Virus record (IMG/VR): IMGVR_UViG_3300021963_007958
DNA from: a virus
Length of the DNA: 64,000 bases
Strand: one strand, 5' to 3'
The position numbers and the translations under genes were made by a program. The number at the start of each line of letters is the position of its first letter. Position 1 is the first letter of the stretch. The notes beneath the pieces were generated by a model. The model was not told the DNA's origin, made no database searches, and worked only from the letters and a program-made list of their open reading frames with translations. Of the stretch, positions 50,451 to 58,957 are shown in pieces.

Positions 50451-51059
50451 ATGCCGCAAGACAACGTGCTTAGTTTAAACGCCTTTGGAGAACTGATTGA
50501 ACCAAGGGGTAAAAGAGAATATAAACAGGAAGAGCCGGTTGCTCCAGCTCCAGTCCCTAATCCGATGAACAAAGAGATCATCCCTTTGACCAGGGTAACC
50601 AAAGACGAAAAACCTGTTCTTCTTCCTGATTCACCAAAAGAAGGAGGTAGAAACTCAAGAGGAAGCAGTCAAGCAAATCAGGTTGCAGGGAAAGTTTTGA
50701 TGCACATGGCTCAAACTAAACTTCTACATTGGCAAACTAAGTCTAGAGCAGAGCACGAAGCTCTTGACGTTCTATTTGAGGATCTTGTAAAAATCGGAGA
50801 CCAGCTGGTTGAATCGGTAATGGGTAAATACGGAAGACCCGAATTAACCCCAGAAGAAGCCAACTTCACTTTATCAAACTACGAAAATCCAGAAAATCCA
50901 GATGGACTACCTATATTTATAAGCAGCATTGACAACTGTTTTAGAAATGAGTGTTCTTCTTTATTTTCTCCCGAAAAAGATCCGGAAATTCACAATATTA
51001 TCCAAGAAATTTTGGGAGTAATCGATAACGTTTCTTACCTTCTAACCCTACAAAAGTAA
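50451..51059 (+). CDS. Ferritin/Dps-like (DUF5856-like) protein with N-terminal extension
   Basis: KLLHWQT..AEHEALD...D.LVESVMGKYGR...YLLTL; GATATATA at 50420. Confidence 0.75.
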   Translation: MPQDNVLSLNAFGELIEPRGKREYKQEEPVAPAPVPNPMNKEIIPLTRVTKDEKPVLLPDSPKEGGRNSRGSSQANQVAGKVLMHMAQTKLLHWQTKSRAEHEALDVLFEDLVKIGDQLVESVMGKYGRPELTPEEANFTLSNYENPENPDGLPIFISSIDNCFRNECSSLFSPEKDPEIHNIIQEILGVIDNVSYLLTLQK

Positions 51060-51074
51060 TCAACTAAAAACAAT

Positions 51075-51872
51075 ATGAAAAGAATTTTATCTTTCGAAGA
51101 CTATTCAAATAGAGCCAACGAGGCAGACATGTTTGGAGTAACAACCTCTTCCATGGGAAACTTACCTGCTGGATATGACGACTCAGATTCAGAAGAAGTA
51201 GAAGACACTAGAGGAATAGATCCTTCTAAACACGCTATAAAACTAATTGCAACTGACTATAGTGATTTTGCAGTTCTAGAAGACAAGAACGGTAAGAAAT
51301 ACATTTTCTATATAGATACGGAATCTCCTAATTTTGATTCCGACTATAGAGTTTATGATGAATATAGGGACGAATATTTAGATTTAGATGATCTTGGTGT
51401 CGAAGCAGCAGCCAACGATGTTCCAGAAATGGAAATTGGATACGGAGCTGATGACTGGACAAAAGGGGAAAAAAAGCTAGTAGAACTAGACGAGGAACTA
51501 GCAGACGATCTAGTTGAAGATTTCAAGAGTATCGTCAATAAAGGATCAGATCCAAAATACAGAAGAGACACTCAGAATGTGATGGATGTTCTAAAAGAGA
51601 TCGCAGAAGAACTTAAGTCTTCTAACGAGAGTGTAGATTACGAAGAATCTGAAACCGATGGAAAACCAGGAGACGAAGAATCTGAAACCGACGAAACAAC
51701 TGAAGTTATGGAGTCCGAAGGAATTCACCCAGCAATCAGACAAAAACTAATGGATTATCTAAAAGATAATCCGGATGCAACATATGCAGAAGCTAAAAAA
51801 TTCATCGGTGAAAAAATTGCAGGGTGGAAACTAACTTCCGAAGACTTTGAAGAAGCTCAAAAATCAATGTAA
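51075..51872 (+). CDS. Acidic hypothetical protein with capsid-targeting-like N-terminus
   Basis: MKRILSFEDYSNRANEA; internal SNES, MESE. Confidence 0.65.
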   Translation: MKRILSFEDYSNRANEADMFGVTTSSMGNLPAGYDDSDSEEVEDTRGIDPSKHAIKLIATDYSDFAVLEDKNGKKYIFYIDTESPNFDSDYRVYDEYRDEYLDLDDLGVEAAANDVPEMEIGYGADDWTKGEKKLVELDEELADDLVEDFKSIVNKGSDPKYRRDTQNVMDVLKEIAEELKSSNESVDYEESETDGKPGDEESETDETTEVMESEGIHPAIRQKLMDYLKDNPDATYAEAKKFIGEKIAGWKLTSEDFEEAQKSM

Positions 51873-51874
51873 TT

Positions 51875-52255
51875 ATGACTACACACGTTCAAGAATATGA
51901 TTCATTTCTAAATGAATCAATGAATCCAAAATCTGCAACTGCAAACATTATCGAAGTTGTTACCAATGGAATGGGATGGATTGATCCAGACTATGCAATA
52001 GAGATGTTTATGGATCTAACTGGCCTTCCTGGTGATAACCAAGAAGTTGATTCTATGTTAGCTGCACTTTCGGATCTAGATCTTCTTTATTATGAGGATG
52101 ATTCTGTTTCAAATCATAAAGGAAAAAGAGTAGAGTTTGGACAGATTACAATGAAAGAAATGCCTCACAAAGCTCCGATGGACTCTCATAAAATGGGACC
52201 ATCAACTATGGAATCACAAAAATATAGGCTGAAGAGATTCGATGAGTTTAATTAA
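51875..52255 (+). CDS. Hypothetical protein with motif at both termini
   Basis: VQEYDSFLNES ... MESQKYRLKRFDEFN. Confidence 0.6.
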   Translation: MTTHVQEYDSFLNESMNPKSATANIIEVVTNGMGWIDPDYAIEMFMDLTGLPGDNQEVDSMLAALSDLDLLYYEDDSVSNHKGKRVEFGQITMKEMPHKAPMDSHKMGPSTMESQKYRLKRFDEFN

Positions 52256-52979
52256 GGGATTTGACGAATTTCTTTTAGAAGGATCCTACGATAAACTAAC
52301 GGGGGAGATTGCTTCTGCCGTAATGAGAAAAATTAAAGAGACTAACACCGGAGAAGAAGAATTCGACGGTATAAAAATCATTTATGGTCCAGGAGACGAT
52401 GTTCCAAGTTTTTATGAAATGATTGAAAACGAGGAATATCTAGACATTGATCACTTCATAGATACTGTTTCCGGGATAGACGTTAGAGTTTGTATTGCAA
52501 TAGTTAGAGACGAATCTCCAGAATACCAAGGGGAATTTATTTTAGATGGGGAGACTGACGATCAAAATTCTATCATTTACCTCTATCTGTATTTAACCCC
52601 AGGCACAGAACCTAGAGTTTACCCTGAAATTGCAATAGATCTAAGAAATCTTATTAGACACGAGGTTGAGCATCTAACTCAAAGAGGATGGGGAGAAAAA
52701 GAAGGAAAGAGAATGAGAAGAAATGAAGGAGTTAGAAAAAGAATTACAAGTAATCCTGAACTGTATTACAAATACTACACTCTGAAGGATGAAATTCCTG
52801 CAAATCTTCAAGGCCTTTATTCCGAAGCAAAAACTAGAAAACTACCATTTAAAGAGGTAGTTCATAATTATCTAGATAAAAAAGTTGAGCAAGGGGTTAT
52901 TCCACCTATAGAGAAGATGAGAATCTATCGTCTTTGGAAGGCTGCTGCTCAGAAGATTGGTGGACTTCCTCCACTTTAA
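52242..52979 (+). CDS. Zincin-like (HExxH) protein with capsid-targeting-like N-terminus
   Basis: MSLIKGFDEFLLEG; IRHEVEHLTQ...YYTLKDEIPA. Confidence 0.65.
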   Translation: MSLIKGFDEFLLEGSYDKLTGEIASAVMRKIKETNTGEEEFDGIKIIYGPGDDVPSFYEMIENEEYLDIDHFIDTVSGIDVRVCIAIVRDESPEYQGEFILDGETDDQNSIIYLYLYLTPGTEPRVYPEIAIDLRNLIRHEVEHLTQRGWGEKEGKRMRRNEGVRKRITSNPELYYKYYTLKDEIPANLQGLYSEAKTRKLPFKEVVHNYLDKKVEQGVIPPIEKMRIYRLWKAAAQKIGGLPPL

Positions 52980-53178
52980 GCTTAATTTTTACTGGGAGAA
53001 TATTTCCTATTTCTCCGCAGATATAATTAACATAAACCTTCTTTTCTAAGTTATAGATAGAAACCATCACATATCCAAGTTCTGTGATGTAAATGTCCTC
53101 TATTCTATTTGATCCTGTATCCCCCTCTACTTCTACGGGGAATTTACAAACGTTTTTTCTTATTGATTTGTGTTCCAT
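52906..53178 (-). CDS. Hypothetical protein
   Basis: 90 aa; overlaps the convergent gene by 74 nt. Confidence 0.4.
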   Translation of the reverse strand: MEHKSIRKNVCKFPVEVEGDTGSNRIEDIYITELGYVMVSIYNLEKKVYVNYICGEIGNILPVKIKLKVEEVHQSSEQQPSKDDRFSSSL

Positions 53179-54053
53179 TTTAATTTAGAAATGTAGTCGC
53201 TAAAACTTGAGACCTGCACACTTCTAAACTTCTGAACTGAAGACTCCTTAACTAGTCCTCCTTCTTCCTTTATAGTCTCTTCTTTATTAGGGATTTCTGC
53301 TCCCCAGGATTGTTCAAAGGCATTGGGAGCCTCTTGATACGATTTTTGTTCCTCATCTAGGGTATCTCTAGTAAACTGCCATCCCATAAATAACTCTTGG
53401 GGAGTTTCGAACCCAAAGAAATTCAAAACGTGATATTGTACTTCTAAAGATTCCTGAACTCTCCAGTTCTGACCGAGAAGAATCATTCCTGCTTTTTTCC
53501 CCTTAATGGTATTGGGTCCTTCGTAGGTTGTATGTGAACTTTCGATCCAATCTAATCTTTCAATTAACTTCTGATAGATTGCGTTAGGATTTCCCCATCT
53601 ATTAGAAGCAAAGAAAACAATGGCATCCGCTGTGTATATCTCATTCGCTATCTTCCAAAGCTCGTCGTCTTTGTAGTCTAAAGAAGCCCAGCACTTTAAA
53701 TGTCCATGAGGGTTTTTCTTTTCATCCTTAAGCTTAGCCTCTGGAGACCCACACATATTACCTTTTAATTCGCTGACGCACCCAAGACAGTTGTGGATCT
53801 TCAGTTTTGCTGCATCCATCAGAACAACCTCAACCCCTCTTTCTTCGAGAAGTTCTTTGAAGTGCTCTGCTAATCTGGTTGATTTTGGTTTTTCTCCTTT
53901 GTCGGAGATGTATTCGCCTCTGTTGCTGGTGGTAACAAAAAGAACCCTTTTCTCGGCAGATAATGTGCTAAGAAAAGGGTAAATATTTTCCATTTCTGGT
54001 CCATATTTAACCTGGATATTTATATCCGATAATAAATTATTAGGACCTGGCAT
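53160..54053 (-). CDS. Flavodoxin-like / iron-sulfur flavoprotein (FMN reductase family)
   Basis: TTSNR, IHNCLGC..C...CW, ADAIVFFAS, KLIERL, GKKAG. Confidence 0.75.
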   Translation of the reverse strand: MPGPNNLLSDINIQVKYGPEMENIYPFLSTLSAEKRVLFVTTSNRGEYISDKGEKPKSTRLAEHFKELLEERGVEVVLMDAAKLKIHNCLGCVSELKGNMCGSPEAKLKDEKKNPHGHLKCWASLDYKDDELWKIANEIYTADAIVFFASNRWGNPNAIYQKLIERLDWIESSHTTYEGPNTIKGKKAGMILLGQNWRVQESLEVQYHVLNFFGFETPQELFMGWQFTRDTLDEEQKSYQEAPNAFEQSWGAEIPNKEETIKEEGGLVKESSVQKFRSVQVSSFSDYISKLKWNTNQ

Positions 54054-54058
54054 GTTGA

Positions 54059-54508
54059 TTACTCGTCGTCTTCGTCTTCTTCGTCGTCTGACTTGCTCGA
54101 CGTGTCTAGCATTCCGGATTTAACCAATGCCTTCGCAACAGCATCTTTTCCGCCCATTAGGGCATTGAATCCTTCTGCATCATCAGAATCTTCCATTTCC
54201 CCACCTCCGTGTTGCTCCTCGTCTCCGTGATATCCCATTTCGATGCTATTAGCCATGAAATGATAAACCTCTTCTACATCATCAACGGAAGTTGCAATGT
54301 GATCCAAAGCCCACCCGTGACCATTAGTCAGGATTTCATCAACTTCGTGTGGATCTAGCTCTAGAAGTTCGTCAATTGCATTTTTAAGTGTGTGAAGATT
54401 CTGGAAGAACATATAGTTATTTAGTTCATGCCCCTCGTGATTTTCGTGGATTTCTCCTTGTGAAAAATCGTTAGATTCGAACTCTTCAAAAAATTTGATG
54501 TTTTTCAT
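54059..54508 (-). CDS. Acidic hypothetical protein with capsid-targeting-like N-terminus
   Basis: MKNIKFFEEFE; NYMFFQNL, GHGWALDHIAT. Confidence 0.65.
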   Translation of the reverse strand: MKNIKFFEEFESNDFSQGEIHENHEGHELNNYMFFQNLHTLKNAIDELLELDPHEVDEILTNGHGWALDHIATSVDDVEEVYHFMANSIEMGYHGDEEQHGGGEMEDSDDAEGFNALMGGKDAVAKALVKSGMLDTSSKSDDEEDEDDE

Positions 54509-54525
54509 ATTTAGATTTATTTGTA

Positions 54526-54537
54526 GGATATATATCC
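54526..54537. promoter_or_regulatory. Palindromic bidirectional GATATATA box
   Basis: GGATATATATCC between divergent genes 54508 (-) and 54570 (+). Confidence 0.65.
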
Positions 54538-54569
54538 GGAAGTAAAACTAAAAAATCAATAAAAAAATA

Positions 54570-56150
54570 ATGGGAAAAAGAGTATTAGATTTTGACGGAT
54601 ATGTCCAAAATCACACTAGAACAAACGAATCGAAATTTGGAGACTTCATCTCTAAGGTTGGTTCTGCTATATCTTCAGGTGTAGCTAGATTTGCAAAGTT
54701 TGTTAAAGAAGGAATTATCAAGATGATTCCAGCAGGTCCAAAAAAAGGAACCCCGGCAGCAAACTACTTTTCTGAAGAAAATGGAAGTATTCTAGATCAA
54801 GTAAATGCACTTTACGCAGGAACTGAATTTGCTAAGATGAACCCAGTAGGTGTAAATGAGTCAGAGTCTTACGATGACGTAGACGAAGCAAGAGTTCCTC
54901 TTGAATATACCGGAGAAGATCAAACAGTTAGAAACGTTGGTCCGGATGAACTTAAAGACATGTTAGGTAAACTCTACAGATCAAAAGAAAGAGGAGGAAG
55001 AGCAAAACCTATCTTTATCTACGGAGCACCCGGTATCGGTAAAACCCAAATCGTTGCTCAAGCAGCAGATGCAGCTGGAGTTGATATGATTAACTTAGAC
55101 CTTCAATTCATGGCGCCAGAAGACTTTATGGGAATTCCTAAAGTTGTTGATATCGAAGAGCCAGAGTATGAGGAAGGAAGACTAAAGTCTGTTGGTAAAG
55201 GGGTAACGAGATCTAACCCTCCTGCAGTTCTTCCCGTTGATAACGGGCCAGATAATAAAGGTGGATTTATCTTTATGGACGAAATGAACAGAGCAAACAA
55301 GAGAGTTCTAAACTCTATGATGCAGTTCGTTCAAATGGGTAGAATTGGTCAATATCAACTTCCTGATAAATGGGTAATCGTTGCAGCTGGTAACAGACCA
55401 GAAGACGTATCTGGAGCAGGGGAAGTTGCAGAATTCGACTTTGCGATGGCGGACAGATTTAACATTATCAACTTCGTTCCGGATCCTAAGAAATGGGCAG
55501 AGTGGGCTAAAGGTAAAGGATCTTTCGAACCAGAAATTGTTGGATTTGTTGAAAGAAACCCAGAACTTTTCCACTACTTGGATAACGAAAAGAATGCTCT
55601 TAAATTCCCAACCCCACGTTCTTGGACCGATGCAGCAATGGCACTTAAAGACGAGCTGATCGACACAGGAGCTAAAGATTGGAGAGATCTTCCAACAGAT
55701 AGAATCTTCGACATCTACTCAGATGCGATCGGACCATCAGCAGCAGGAAAATTAAAAGCTTACTTGGACATCATCAAGAGAATTCCAGAAAGAGATCTTG
55801 AGATGATCGTTACAAATCCAGATAAGGCTACTCCAATTTCTAAAGGACCTGAATTCTCTAGCGTTTGCTACGGTCTATATGAAATGGCACTCAGAAAGGC
55901 AGAAGAGATGAACAACGGTAAAGCTACTGTTGAGAACCTATACAACATCATGAAGTACTATCAGATGCTAGACAACCTTGAAATTCTTTCATGGGTTTAT
56001 GCTAGAATCAAAGAGAAGTACCCAGAATTTGCTCTTACCGAAGACACCCTAAAAGAAAAAGATACCCCAGAAGGCAAGATGAAAATCGAAGCTGCAATGA
56101 TGGTTAAGAAGGGAATGGAAGGTAAGGGTCTAGTTACTCCTAAAAAATAA
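54570..56150 (+). CDS. MoxR-like AAA+ ATPase with N-terminal extension
   Basis: GAPGIGKT, FIFMDEMNRA, VAAGNR, AMADRF, FPTPRSW. Confidence 0.88.
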   Translation: MGKRVLDFDGYVQNHTRTNESKFGDFISKVGSAISSGVARFAKFVKEGIIKMIPAGPKKGTPAANYFSEENGSILDQVNALYAGTEFAKMNPVGVNESESYDDVDEARVPLEYTGEDQTVRNVGPDELKDMLGKLYRSKERGGRAKPIFIYGAPGIGKTQIVAQAADAAGVDMINLDLQFMAPEDFMGIPKVVDIEEPEYEEGRLKSVGKGVTRSNPPAVLPVDNGPDNKGGFIFMDEMNRANKRVLNSMMQFVQMGRIGQYQLPDKWVIVAAGNRPEDVSGAGEVAEFDFAMADRFNIINFVPDPKKWAEWAKGKGSFEPEIVGFVERNPELFHYLDNEKNALKFPTPRSWTDAAMALKDELIDTGAKDWRDLPTDRIFDIYSDAIGPSAAGKLKAYLDIIKRIPERDLEMIVTNPDKATPISKGPEFSSVCYGLYEMALRKAEEMNNGKATVENLYNIMKYYQMLDNLEILSWVYARIKEKYPEFALTEDTLKEKDTPEGKMKIEAAMMVKKGMEGKGLVTPKK

Positions 56151-56168
56151 AACAAAGTCCAAGAGACA

Positions 56169-57104
56169 ATGAAGTTTAGTAAAATCCATGTCGATATAGT
56201 GGACACCTTTGAGAAATTTCAAGGGGAAAGGGTCAAGAGTTTTTCACAATTTGTTGTTGAAAATTTAGGCCCAACTCTTAATGAATCTGACTATCAGAAG
56301 GAAATTGATGCAAGGGTGAAAGTTCATAGAAATCTTCTGTGGATTAATGCAAGGAAGGGATTCTTTGCTCAGCTACTTTCTAAATTAAATATCTACGGAG
56401 TTTCTGATCCTAGATATCAGACAATGTGTACTAACGGATTTAATATCCAGTACCACCCAGATTTTGTTCTAGGCCAGTCTGATGCAGCAATTAGATTTGT
56501 TCTCTGCCACGAGATTCTTCACTGTGTGGGAGACCACATGTCCAGAAGGGGAAGCAGAGATCCTTTGCTTTGGAACTATGCCTGTGATTATGCGATCAAT
56601 CCTATTCTAAATGTTGAAGTTGTTGGGGGAGCATTTGAATGGCCATCCAATTTGGACGGAAGCAGAATGGGTCTCTATGAAGAGAAATACGAGGGAATGA
56701 AAGCGGAAGACATCTACGATCTTTTAGTAGAAGATAAACAGCAACAGGAAAAAGCAGACGAAGCGTTCAAGGACGATCCTCAAAAAGGAATGCACGTAAT
56801 CGATGCAGACGAAGATCTTGGGGAACCTAATGAAGAGTCCGTAGTTCAGGAAGTTGGCGACGAAGAAGGTGAAGAAGGTGAAGGACAAAAACCAGGAATG
56901 CCAAAACCAGGAGAAGAGCAGGGAGAAGGCGAGCCACAAAAAGGACAGGGTAAACCAGGAGAAGAAGAGGGAGATGGTAAAGAGGAAGGTGGATCCGGGC
57001 AGGATCTGGTTGGAAGAAGAGTTAGAATTACCGCAGGACCAAATGCGGGACAAATGGGAACAATTAAACAGGTTCTATCTAACGGAGATATTATAATCGA
57101 ATAA
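56169..57104 (+). CDS. DUF2201_N-like metallopeptidase with acidic linker and C-terminal KOW-like motif
   Basis: TMCTNG, CHEILH, WNYACDYAIN, AEDIYD; VGRRVRITAGPNAGQMGTI. Confidence 0.82.
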   Translation: MKFSKIHVDIVDTFEKFQGERVKSFSQFVVENLGPTLNESDYQKEIDARVKVHRNLLWINARKGFFAQLLSKLNIYGVSDPRYQTMCTNGFNIQYHPDFVLGQSDAAIRFVLCHEILHCVGDHMSRRGSRDPLLWNYACDYAINPILNVEVVGGAFEWPSNLDGSRMGLYEEKYEGMKAEDIYDLLVEDKQQQEKADEAFKDDPQKGMHVIDADEDLGEPNEESVVQEVGDEEGEEGEGQKPGMPKPGEEQGEGEPQKGQGKPGEEEGDGKEEGGSGQDLVGRRVRITAGPNAGQMGTIKQVLSNGDIIIE

Positions 57105-57105
57105 C

Positions 57106-58107
57106 ATGCAAGTTAAAAAAGGAGATTTCGTAATCGTAGACGTAGATACCGTAGAGCCAGGAGGAAAACCTGCCGGCCAGGATAAACCACAATCTAAAGA
57201 CCAATCAAGTTCCCCACAGGAACTAGAAAGAGCCCCAGATCAGGTAGAAAAGCCAGGACTGGATATAGGAGGAAAATCTGGTGCCGGATACGAGAGATCA
57301 GGAAACATCCAAAAAGGAGGTTCGTCTAAAAAGTATTCGTCCCAAAAAGCTCTAGGGCAAGGAGGGACTAAAGCTGAAGCATCTGCTAAATGGGAGAATG
57401 CTCTTAGAGATGCTATTTCTAGAGCTGGATCTACACTATCAGATAAAGCAAGAAGATTATTAGCAGAACTAAAATCATCTAAACCTAAAGTTGACTGGAA
57501 GAAGGAACTTAAAAAGTTCATGGACTCTGCAATGACTAAGTTTGAAGACGTTCTACCAAATAAGAGATTTTTAGGAAGTGGTGATGTTCTATATGGAACT
57601 GAACTAGCAGGAAAAGACACTTTGAAGACATTGGTTCTTCCTGTGGACACTTCTGGATCTATTTCGAAGGATCAGATTGGAGCATTTTTAACCGAGGTAT
57701 TTTCACTAGCTACTAAGTTTGATATTGATGTAACTTACATAGTTTACACTTCGGATTCTATCGACTCGATAGATGTAGTTCCCAAAGGTAAGAAACCAGA
57801 CCTTAGTATGATCAGATCTACTGGTGGTAACAGAGAAGGATTCTTCCCTCCATTTAGATTCATCAAAGAACCTAAGAAATATCAAGGGAAAGCAAACGCT
57901 CCACTACCAAAGTCTATTAACCCATCAACAGTAATTTACTTCACGGATACTTTTGCTGAATATCCAACCAAAAATGATTTTGGGATTGCTAAGTATGCAA
58001 ATAGAGTATTCTGGTTTATCTGCTTAAGCAAAGACCAGAACTTTAATAAACCACCATTTGGAAAGTACATTCACGTTCCAATCGATAGCAAAGGTAATTT
58101 TACCTAA
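57106..58107 (+). CDS. vWA-like (DUF2201 C-terminal) protein
   Basis: KVDWKKEL, PNKRF, MIDAS VDTSGS...STGG...YFTD. Confidence 0.82.
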   Translation: MQVKKGDFVIVDVDTVEPGGKPAGQDKPQSKDQSSSPQELERAPDQVEKPGLDIGGKSGAGYERSGNIQKGGSSKKYSSQKALGQGGTKAEASAKWENALRDAISRAGSTLSDKARRLLAELKSSKPKVDWKKELKKFMDSAMTKFEDVLPNKRFLGSGDVLYGTELAGKDTLKTLVLPVDTSGSISKDQIGAFLTEVFSLATKFDIDVTYIVYTSDSIDSIDVVPKGKKPDLSMIRSTGGNREGFFPPFRFIKEPKKYQGKANAPLPKSINPSTVIYFTDTFAEYPTKNDFGIAKYANRVFWFICLSKDQNFNKPPFGKYIHVPIDSKGNFT

Positions 58108-58462
58108 AAATTTTAACTTTCCCAGATTCTTTGAGAATTTGATCTTCATCAATCTCAACATACAAAGGACCTTCTAGGTCCTTTTCTTTGAGGATATAAT
58201 CTAGATCTAGATCTTCCTCTGTTGCAACCACTTTTCTGGGATTGACCAACTTACTTCCATCTTTTAAGTAATAGATGTATGCATCAAATGGGTCTTTTTC
58301 GTCAATGGATTCAACTCTAGTTAGTCCATATAATCCAATAACTGGGTCACCTACTTTTAACTTTCCTCCTCTGGGTAAGGCTAACACATATGTTTCCTCG
58401 TTCGACTTTAGATAAGCCGACCCCTCTTTCTTTATTTTAAGTAATTCAACTCTTGATTTCAT
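58100..58462 (-). CDS. Hypothetical protein
   Basis: 120-aa ORF. Confidence 0.55.
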   Translation of the reverse strand: MKSRVELLKIKKEGSAYLKSNEETYVLALPRGGKLKVGDPVIGLYGLTRVESIDEKDPFDAYIYYLKDGSKLVNPRKVVATEEDLDLDYILKEKDLEGPLYVEIDEDQILKESGKVKIFR

Positions 58463-58468
58463 GATACT

Positions 58469-58957
58469 CTATGAAATTTGTTTTCTGATCTCTTCTGCTA
58501 CTGTTTTACCGACGCCGTAAGACATATCATAGTCGTTATCAGTAAAGACTGAGAATTTAATCCCCATAAAGTTTGGAATTTTCTTTGGCGTAAGTCTAAT
58601 TAAAATGGAATATTCATCATCGTCGATGTGAGGATCTGCTTGAATTTCATATCCTATTTCTATCTTCTTGTCCTCAGCTAGTCCAACATCTGATAGATCT
58701 GAGATAAGGTCATCTAGATCGGACGGATTTGGCTTTTGTAAATAGATCTCTATAATTCCCTTTCCAGAGTCTCCCCCAACTGCAGTTGAATATTCGCTGC
58801 TAACTGGATTTACTACTTCAACCGACTTCAACTCATATCCATTTTTCAAAGATGATTTAGAGGCAAGTGCAATTGTAACCCATCTCTGGATTTGTTCTCC
58901 CCATTTTAAATGGTCAGAAGACTGGTGTTGATCATATTCAAGTAGATGCTTCATCAT
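58469..58957 (-). CDS. Hypothetical protein
   Basis: MMKHLLEYDQH; overlaps the stop of the upstream gene. Confidence 0.6.
   Translation of the reverse strand: MMKHLLEYDQHQSSDHLKWGEQIQRWVTIALASKSSLKNGYELKSVEVVNPVSSEYSTAVGGDSGKGIIEIYLQKPNPSDLDDLISDLSDVGLAEDKKIEIGYEIQADPHIDDDEYSILIRLTPKKIPNFMGIKFSVFTDNDYDMSYGVGKTVAEEIRKQIS

Noticed and set aside
57095-57110. Programmed frameshift fusing peptidase and vWA ORFs
   Set aside because: No slippery heptamer at the junction; a clean TAA-C-ATG arrangement suggests translational coupling.
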